Source of the DNA: Felis catus
Lineage: Eukaryota
Direction: 5' to 3'
NCBI RefSeq assembly: GCF_018350175.1
Contig: NC_058369.1
Coordinates: forward strand, 17,734,001 to 17,798,000
DNA: 64,000 nucleotides
The translations under genes and the position numbers were made by a program. The notes beneath the pieces are model-generated. The model had not been told where the DNA came from, did not search any database, and worked only from the letters and a program-made list of their open reading frames with translations. How positions within the stretch are numbered: position 1 is the first letter of the stretch; every line of letters starts with the position of its first letter. Below, in pieces: positions 51,345 to 64,000 of the stretch.

Positions 51345-52560
51345 TGTGGTGTAATAAAAAATACGTGTTCTTAGTCCCTGCTTCCTGGCACCGGAGCTCC
51401 TAAAAACACTTGGATTTGCTGTCTTTCGTATGCTAATAAGACTCCCGGCCGGGGAAAGCCAAACCCTTTAGAAAGGTTCTGGATGGGGACAGGTCACCAT
51501 AAAGACCAAGCCATGAATAGAGGGTAGGAACTTTCAGCCCAAACCGGGGAGGTGGGGGGTGGAGATCCACTTCTATCAACCAGAGGCCAATGGTTGTTTT
51601 TTTTTATAATCAACACCAGCAATATCAAATTTTCTTTCCTTTCAAATATAAAGTTTTAGGGGCGCCTGGGTGGCTCGGTTGGTTAAGCGTCTCTTCATTT
51701 GGCTCTTGACTCTTGGTTTCAGCTCAGGTCATGATCTCGAGGTTTGTGAGTTCAAGCCCTGTGTCGGGCTCTGTGCTGACAGTGCAGAGCCAGCTCGGGA
51801 TTTCTCTCTCTCTCTCTCTCTCTCTGCCCCTCCCCGGCTTGCTCTCTAAATAAATAAACAAACAAACATAAAAAAATTTTTTAAATAAAGTTTTAAAGTC
51901 AAAACATTATTTTTAAAATTCTAATCCAAGTATTTTATGATCTATGTAACTTGGTTTCTAGGGTTTTTGAAGGTAAGGTCTCCCAGTACCCCACTTCTAC
52001 ACTTGTCCTTAAACTTGCAAAGGCCGGTGATTTAATTAATGGTGCTTCTGTAATGAAACCTCCGTAAAACCCCCTACATAGTGGAGTTCTGGGAGTTTCC
52101 AGATAAGTGAACGCACTGATGTGCTAGGAAGGCAACAGCCCTGGTTATCCTGGAAACTCCACGCCACCCTCTCCCTCTCCCCAGTACCTCATTCTATACA
52201 TCTCTTCCGTTTGGTGGTTCCTGAATTGCATCTTTTTAAAATGTAAATAAAGTGTTTCCCTGAGTTCTAGGAGTCATTCCAGCGAGTTATGGAATTTGAG
52301 GAGGGGGCTTAGACCTGATTTATAGCCAGTTGATCAGAAGTTATGGGTGGCCCTCTTGGGACTTGGGACCAGCACCTGAAGTAGGGTCAGTCTTGTGGGA
52401 CTGAGCCCTTAACCTGTGGGGTCTGCACTAATTCAAGAGTTGGTGTCCAAATTGGATTGAATTGTTGGACACCTAGTTGGTGTGGGAGAATCAGAGAATT
52501 AGTTATTGGTGTGAAAAACCCCACAAAATTTAGTGTCCCAAGTGGCATCAGAAAACAAGA
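51345..52560 (+). mobile_element. MER21-like LTR interrupted by an insert and a Can-SINE (51658-51880)
   Basis: GTCTTGTGGGACTGAGCCCTTAACCTGTGGGGTCTG and AATAAAGTGTTTCCCTGAGTTCT motifs recalled as characteristic of MER21. Confidence 0.7.
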
Positions 52561-52765
52561 CACCACAGGTAGCCCCTCAGGAGAAGAACCCATTGATACT
52601 CGGGCTTTGGAAGGCCAAGGGCTTCACCTTAAAACATGAAGGGCCTGAGAAATGCACTGACTGCTGCCAGGTGGTTGCTTTTAACAGCATCCAAGCAGCT
52701 TAAAGAGAACAACAGGGTCAGATTCCCAGCTGCTGTGTGTCCAAGCACAAATGGAAAACTTTCTC

Positions 52766-54660
52766 CGGGCGCCTGGGGGGTGCTCAGTCGGTTAAGCGTT
52801 CAAGTCATGGTCTCATGGTTCATGAGTTCGAGCCCTGTGTCAGGTTCTCTGCTGTCAACACAGAGCCCGCTTCAAATCCTCTGTCTCCCTCTCTCTCTGC
52901 CCCACCCCTGCTCAGGCTCACGCGCACTCTCTCTCTCTCTCTCTCAAAAATAAATAAACATTTACATTAAAAATTTTTTTAAACTTCCTCTGCTTTGCAA
53001 AGGAGTCTCCTATCTCTTGCAGCCATGGGGCTGAGACAGCCCATTATCAAACCCATAGGCAGATTCTATGGCTTCCAGGTGAAATGCTGAGGGAATTCAC
53101 AGCCTCCCTAAATCTTTAATGTGAAAGCCAGGCACTGCTCAGGACAGAGCACCGAGAGTGTGCAGCAACACTGGGAAATACTTCGCAGGCCCACATCCAC
53201 TGGCCTTCTTACCTTCCTTGACCCACGAGCATCACCTGACACAGCGGGGCACTCCCGGCTCCCCCACGCTCCCCACACTGCTCCTTCTCACACCGTCTGC
53301 TGGCTCTTCATGTCACGCTCGTAATGTGGGGTCCCTAGGGCTTGGTCCTCAGGTGCCATTTCTTCTCTATTTATATTCCCCTTGAGAGCTCATCCAGTGT
53401 CACGGCTCTAAGCACCGTCTACACACGGATGATGTAATTTCTTATCTCCAGCCCAGGCCTCAACTCCAGACTTCAAGATCCAACTCCTGTCACACCTCCA
53501 CTTAGATCTCCAGCTGGCATTTAATCTGAATGCGCCTTCAGCTGAACTGCCCCATGCAGACTTTCATATGTCCACAGTGGTGACCCCACCCCTGGGCACC
53601 ATGTCTTTCTCATAGGCCTTCATCCACACCAGCAGCCAATCCTGGCTCTACCTTCACAATTTAGGCAGAATCCGACTACTTCTCAGCAGCCCCAATGCCA
53701 GCATCAAGGTCTCTCACCCGGATTGTCACAGTGGCTCCAGACAGGTCTCTTGACCTCCACTCTGCCCCACTGAAGTCTATTCTAGAGGCAGCAGCAGCCA
53801 GAGGGACCCTTTAAAAATGTTCATTGATGGGGCGCCTGGGTGGCCTCAGTCGGTTGAGCGTCTGACTTCAGCTCAGGTCGTGATCTCACAGTCTGTGAGT
53901 TCGAGCCCCGCATCCGGCTCTGTGCTGACAGCTCAGAGCCTGGAGCCTGCTTCGGATTCTGTGTCTCCCTCTCTCTCTGCCCCTCCCTTGCTCATGCTCT
54001 GTCTCTCTCTCTGTCTCTCTCTCTCTCTCAAAAATAAATAAACATTAAAAAAAAAGTTCATCAGATCAAGTCACTTGGCTCAAAGGCCTTCATGGGCCTC
54101 TTATTTCCAAGGCCCCATATCACCTGTACCCCATGACCTCTGACCTGGCCTTCCTCTTCTTCACTCTGGCTTCTGCAGCCATCTACTCCACGGCTTCATC
54201 CAGGCCTTTTGGCCACCTTCTCAGTGAGGCCTTCTTACACGTCCTCCCACACCCTCCCCTCTGTCCCAGCACCCTGGGAGGAATTACATCCTTATGTATT
54301 TCTGTACTGTGTCTCCCACGGCAGTTCTGTGACAGCAGGAGTTTGCCTGTCGGGCTTACCACTCTGTCTCCACAGCTTAGCCCACAGTAGGCACTTCACC
54401 TGTTAACAAATTACACAGGATGAAGATCTATGAATGAACTCAGAGGAAACATTATCGTTTGCAAGGGGAAGCCAACTCTTCTCCTTCCCCTCTTCCCAAA
54501 CTCCTCAATAACCCCAGTGCCTTAAACTAAAGATGCACTCCAGTGGGGCGCCGGGTGGGCTCAGTCGGTGGAGCATGTGACTCTTGATCTCAGGGTTGTG
54601 TGTTCGAACTCCAAATTGTGTACAGAGATTACTGAAAAATAAAATATTAAGGAAAAAATA
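52766..54660 (+). mobile_element. Can-SINEs (52766-52980, 53829-54055, short 54544-54660) around an L2 relic (~53150-54440)
   Basis: SINE heads and tails; L2-like pyrimidine-rich body ending CACAGTAGGCACT. Confidence 0.75.
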
Positions 54661-54679
54661 ATAAAATATTAGAAAAAAA

Positions 54680-55765
54680 AGATGGATTCCAGCATGTCTG
54701 GAGATCTTATTACAAAGTAAAACGCAGAGGGGAAGGCTTATGTATCAAAGGAACTGTAAGACTTTTGTTAACTTACCTTGGTCACAATGTGGAGAATATG
54801 TGCGAAGAAAGACTGAGGTCCTAGACCCAGGAGATAAGAACCTAAGTTTAGATTGGGCTGAATTTATTGATACAGGTGCACTGGACAGAAATTTTGGATT
54901 CAGTGTGCTGGCTTAAGCCACTAAGGCTTGTTCTGTGTGTCTATCCGGTTGGCTGGAAGACAGCAGAGTCTCCCTAAATGCAACAGAGATGTCCAAAGCC
55001 CCCTGGTATAATGTAGAAGAAAGAATCCAAAACCTTAGGAAGATTCATTCATTCACTGAAATCCAATGTTGGGCTGAGTTCATCAGACAACTCACTCAGA
55101 GATATTCCCTTTACCATCATTTAGAAGTTCACTGCCAAGGACATCATCTTTGAAAAGTGATGCTATTTCTATATAAGGTCACATTGTGAGGTACAAGGCT
55201 TAGGTCTTCAGTGTATGAATTGTTCTGTGGGGGGGACACAATTCAACCTTTACTTAACAAGCACCGTAGTCACTGTCCTCCATGGGTCAGGGATTCTGAC
55301 TGGAGACACCGTAATTGAGATGACTCCTTGATTTCAATGCAGATACCAGGACCCTGGGCACTGAGAGGCAAGTAGCAGCCTTGAGCTGCCAGAGGAGAGA
55401 GAGGTACAGAGACCATGACATGCAGGACACTTAGTGGTCATCTGAATGGCCTGGCCTGAAAGGATTTTTGCCAGGATCACCAGGCCCCTAGGACCAAAAC
55501 CGACAGGGAGGCCCATAGAGTCCTCCTTGATGTGTGTAATAAAAGGGCCAGAGGTCAGACCAACAGAGACCTGCCTGCAACAGAGAGGATTTTTTTTCTC
55601 CAACGTTCTAGGTAAAATCAGTTCATAAACTCAGGGGTCCCCGAAGGAAGTAGGGTGGGTGCTCCTTAAGGAAGGAGGGCCCTGTGCAAATGTTACAGGT
55701 TCATGCTGTACTTTCTTCACAGTCCTTCCCAAAGGGACTTGTGGCCATTAACTAGGGTGTGGCCG
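54680..55765 (+). mobile_element. Degenerate ERVL internal (gag-region) fragment with a small MaLR LTR piece at ~55170-55250
   Basis: AAGTTTAGATTGGGCTGAATTTATTGATACAGGTGCACT and CCTTCCCAAAGGGACTTGTGGCCATTAACTAGGGT resemble ERVL-int; no intact ORF. Confidence 0.55.
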
Positions 55766-55794
55766 ACATGAGTTCTAGTCTACCCCAAAGCCAT

Positions 55795-56759
55795 GTTTCT
55801 TTTCTTTTTTCTTTTCTTTTCTCTTTCTTTTATTTTTGAGAGTGAGAGAGAGAAGGGGAGGGGCAGAGAAAGGGAGATAGAGAATCCCAAGCAGGCTCTG
55901 CGCTGTTGGCGAAGAGCCCGACTTGGGGCTTGATCTCACAAACTGTGAGATCATGACCTGAGCTGAAATCAAGAGTCGATGTTTAACCCACTGAGCCACG
56001 TAGGTGCCCCCATTTTCTTTTTTTTAAAGTAATCTCTTGCTCCATGTGGAGCTTGAACTCATGACCCCAAGGTCAAGAGCCATATGCTCCCCATCTTTCA
56101 CTTTTAATAAATAGTTTTGTTCAGTGGTGCCGGATGGCTCAGTCAGTTAAGCATCTAACTCTTGATTTCAGTTTAGGTCATGATCTCACAATTTGTGAGA
56201 TCAGGACCTACATGAGCTTTGCACTGACAGCACAGAGACTGCTTGGGATTCTCTTTCTCTCCCTCTCTCTCTCTCTGCCCCTCCTCCATTCATGCTCTCT
56301 CTCTCCCTCTCAAAATAAATAAATGAATGAATAAATTACTTAAAGAAAAAAGGTTTTGCTCAAACAACAATGTGCCCAGCCCCACACATGATTGGTTTAA
56401 GCCATACATGCCAACACTCCCCTTTGCTGATGATAATTGTATTTTAATTTATTAATATATAGTATATGATTATTATATTATAAATATAATTCAAATATTG
56501 CTGAAACCTATATCTTTTTTTTAAGATTTTTTTTTAAGTTTTTTTTTTTTTTTTTTAACCTTTATTTATTTTTGAGACAGAGAGAGACAGAGCATGAACG
56601 GGGGAGGGTCAGAGAGAGAGGGAGACACAGAATCTGAAACAGGCTCCAGGCTCTGAGCCATCAGCACAGAGCCTGACGCGGGGCTTGAACTCACGAACCG
56701 CGAGATCATGACCTGAGCCGAAGTCGGACACTTAACCGACTGAGCCACCCAGGCGCCCC
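55795..56759. mobile_element. SINE cluster (-55795..56010, short -56015..56090, +56125..56345, -56515..56759)
   Basis: SINEC bodies; the last copy has TSD CTGAAACCTATATCTTT. Confidence 0.88.
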
Positions 56760-57864
56760 TGAAACCTATATCTTTGCAACATTTCTTTCTATCCAAATAC
56801 GCTTGATCTTAACATCCAGTCATGGTCATTGTTTTCTAGCAATCCAAAATGCTACAAAATTTTTCAACATGACAATATATAATTGCTCTTTCTAGGTTGT
56901 GGTAGAACACTGGACCCGAAGAAAAATTCTCATAGTGTTAAATCTCATTCCTTCTGCTGTTGCTTTGTTGCTAAAAATCTTTAACACCTTCTTCCAAAAG
57001 TGCTGAGGCCTCTCAGGTCAGGTGTTCACCCAGGAACTCAGTGCCCAGAGACAGGGTGAGGACCATCAAGCTGTCTCCTAATTTCACTTACCAGGAGGAC
57101 CGTTGCAGCTGGAATCCCTCTGAACTCGGGGAAGATGCCCAGGGGGTTTTGTCATCCATCATGACACAGCTGGGTAAGGCACAGCCATAGCCACTGGCAA
57201 CACCAAACCACTCAGAAACAGCCCAGCCACAGCCACCTCCAACCTGACACACCGAGAGAGGTGCAGATGGGCACCTAGCCATGTCCAGCCCCATCATGTC
57301 CACTGAAGAGCAGCCCTGCCCTCCCAACAGCCCAGCCCCAGGGCGAGAGGTATGGAAAGTCCATTGATTTTCTGGGGCATAAGAAAGGGAAAACCCTGCC
57401 CCTCATCTCATCTTGCCCAATCCAGAGGTAGGTGACAAAGAAAACACAACAGAACTAGCCAACACTCCCCCACCCACAGCCTCATGCAGACCTTCCGTCC
57501 ATCCTCCATCCAGCCCCTGGTTCCCCTCTCCAGGGATGCCGACATTTGAGATCCATAATTTCCCCTCATTGGTGCTCTGCTCCAAATGCCCCCTCACACA
57601 TCTGCTTCCTGCTCAGGGATGAGCACCCAGAACCCTAGGTTGGCCCAGAGAAAACTCGGCCCTGTCCCTGCCCATGTGCACCAGGCCCAGGGCACACTCC
57701 AGGGCAAGACAGTTTCCTCTCCAGAGAGGGGTAGGCATGGAGGTGGGAGCTGGACCAAGGACCCCAACACAGACCTACGAGAGACTACAACATGGGAGTG
57801 TGCAGAGCCAGCCGGAAATACCTCACAAATGGAGAGATGGTCACAAGATACAACCTTAGATTCT

Positions 57865-57972
57865 TATATATTTTATTTTTTTTTAAAGTAAGCTCTAGGC
57901 CCAACATGGGGCTTGAACTCACGGCCCCGAGATACAGCTGCACACTCTACCAACTGAGCCAGTCAGGTGCCC
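57865..57972 (-). mobile_element. Short tRNA-head SINE abutting the PFKFB4 3' end
   Basis: Reverse complement GGGCACCTGACTGGCTCAGTTGGTAGAG... with T-tract on + strand. Confidence 0.75.
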
Positions 57973-57991
57973 AATTTTTTTAGAAAAAGTA

Positions 57992-57997
57992 TTTATT
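57992..57997 (-). terminator. PFKFB4: PFKFB4 polyadenylation signal (AATAAA on minus strand)
   Basis: TTTATT on + strand at the end of ~1.95 kb of repeat-poor sequence (putative 3'UTR) after the stop. Confidence 0.65.
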
Positions 57998-59950
57998 GCA
58001 AAGAATGCTAGACACAGTGTAATGTGTGGCTGAGATCCAACAACCTCCATTCTGAAAAGAACGGGAAAGTGTCTTCAACACAAGCACATCCACCATCATG
58101 GATAGAACCAGTGGCCAACCCAGTGGGTTGCTGACCATGCAGAGACCACTCCAGGGCAGAGGCAGAGAAGAAAGGCCCCAACCCACACCATGCCCCCAGG
58201 CTTCCTTCTGCCTTATCCCAGGCCTTGTGACACTTTGGGCCCGGCAGCTCCTGACTGCCCTCTGGGCACAGAGAAAAGGCCTCGCTGGTCATGCCTCAGC
58301 CAGTTCGAGGTCCTGGCGAAGTGGGGACATCCAGACATAGGTGCCACCAACAAAAGAGACCCACTATGGCCAAAAAGTGAGTGTGTCCAAGTGACCGAGT
58401 CACCCAAGACTCTGGGGACACAGAAACAAAGGCTGTGGTCCTCATGTCCCAAAGGCAGTGGCATGGTCCCCTGGTCCTGAGTCTAGGGCTTGGGGCTCTG
58501 GCAGGAGGTAAGTCCAGAAGATCCTGCCCCAGCCCTTCACCGTGTCTGTCCACAGCCACTGCAGCACCCAAGGCTGACAGACCGCCAGCTGGGGCAGGGA
58601 CATGAACTTCCCTCAGGGACAGGTGGCACCTGCAGGCTGCAAAGCCCCGGAAGGCTGGGAAAGGTGGGTTGTTCTGCCAAGGAAGGTTCCGGGTACAAGG
58701 TGGGCTTGGGATCCTGGGTCCTGTGGACGGTGGGGAGTCCGACTACAGGTCCAGACACCTCCTCACCCAGCCTTGCGACTTGCTGGACAGGTCTCCTGCT
58801 CAGCTATAAAATGGAGCCCAAACCCACTGCCCAGCCTGCCTCTCTGGGCTCAAAAGAACTCAGGGGCATGACAGATGGTAGCCTTCTGAGGTCGTTTTCT
58901 GCCATGCTCCCATACACGTGAATCAAAAGCTACGATATGGCTGAGCAAATCCTCCCCTGGACAGGGTGCCTCAGGAGTCCGCCCTTTCCCCGGCTCAGTC
59001 CCACGGGCAGAGGTCAATGAATGCCAGGACAGGCTTTTTTTTCTCTGAATCGTTCACAGCAAATGCATGTCTCGGCCACCGGGGTACACTCCCGTGTGGA
59101 CACAGGCGGCAACAGGCAAGAGGTAGCCTAGCAGGCAGGGCCAGGAGGGGAGGGGGACAGCAGCCCCTCCCTCAAGCACCTGGGTGTACACTGGGAAGAA
59201 CTCACACAACCACCCTGTCTTTACGTGCTTTCACTGTGCAGCAGGTGGGCAGGGGTGGCCTTGGCCATCAGCTCTTGCCAATGTTCCAGTGTGTGCGCAA
59301 TTGAGAAGCGGTGACCACAAAGGCTGTGTTCCCTGCGTGTTCTGTACATCATGTCATGGTGAAGTGAGCACACTGCTCATACAAGTGGCCTAGCCAGTGG
59401 AGGTACCTGCCTTAGTGGCTCTACGGGTCCTGGCAGGGCAGGATGGGAAGGGCTCTTTCTCACCCAAAGCAGTGGAGCTCATGCTGCCATGAAGACCTTG
59501 CCTCAGGCTCAGGAAGTGGCCACAGAGGAGACGGCGGAGCCCCTGCAGGGGGCCCCCGGTCCACCTCAGACAGCTCGGCCGTGGTGGGATCGTCACAGCA
59601 AGTGCTTTCTGTTCACATGTTTAGGGTTTCACACTTCACAAAGCCAACCGACCGGTGAGAGGACACCTCACAGCTGCAACAGAAGGACCGGGTTGCTAGG
59701 AAACCTCTCACCAGCCCAGGGCAGACGCAGTCTGGCCAAATGATTCTTAGCAGCAGGTCAGGCACCACGTATAACCCTGTCGCCATTAACAAGGAAGCAG
59801 GTGGGCTGGTGCGGGGGCTCTGGGTGCCACCAACCAGGTGTGGTGTTGAGGATGATCCATCATAGAAACTGTCACATGGAGCAGGGGCCTGTAATGATCT
59901 CATCTGCAGAGATCAGTACCTGCCTGGGGGTCGCAGTGGATGAGACATGG

Positions 59951-63554
<3,604 letters not shown>

Positions 63555-64000
63555 CTAGGATGCTCACCATTCTGGGAGGTTGCAGCCTGGTATCCTCCAG
63601 CCCGGCCCCTGGGGACCCTCTAGGACAGTGAGATGTCCAGTTTGAGAGGGGAGCTGGGAGGGGAGAAAGATGGGCAGCCTGGGAAAGGGATTGCATCCTC
63701 CACCCCAGGCCAGGTCCCCGGAGGACTAGAGGGCAGGGCTGGGCCTCAGACTGCCATCCTAAGGGGCCACCTCTGTGCTCACCTACAGGGCCCTTGGCTG
63801 AACCCTCCACTGCTGGAACTCACATGCTGGCAACTGAGGACTGGTAGGAGGCACTGTGCCCTTCCAGCCCACAGTAGATGGAGTGCACAGAAATCGCTGT
63901 GGGGGCAGGGGCAATAAAGGCTCCCAAAACTTCCTGGAACAAGACCTGTCCGCATGCCTAAGGGGCCAGGAACAATGATCCTGGCAGTCTCCCTGCCCTG

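Overview
Mammalian genomic DNA. The dense tRNA-derived Can-SINEs of feliform type point to a cat or other felid. The window is the conserved CCDC51-TMA7-ATRIP-TREX1-SHISA5-PFKFB4 block. I assembled exon structures by hand, using GT/AG sites and checking reading phase across every junction: TMA7 (+, 4 exons, 64 aa), ATRIP (+, 13 exons, 790 aa), TREX1 (+, one coding exon, 314 aa), SHISA5/Scotin (-, 6 exons, 238 aa) and the last four coding exons plus 3'UTR of PFKFB4 (-). The rest is mostly SINE, L1, L2, MIR and LTR/ERVL relics; repeat family names and boundaries are by eye and approximate. I see no convincing new biological system. The best leads are an in-frame alternative first exon for a short SHISA5 isoform, two phase-compatible cryptic exons that could give PFKFB4 another C-terminus, the compact ATRIP-TREX1 junction with an ETS-IRF element, and repeated re-use of retrotransposon target sites (triple TSDs). 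Gene names and human/mouse comparisons are from memory, not from a database search.
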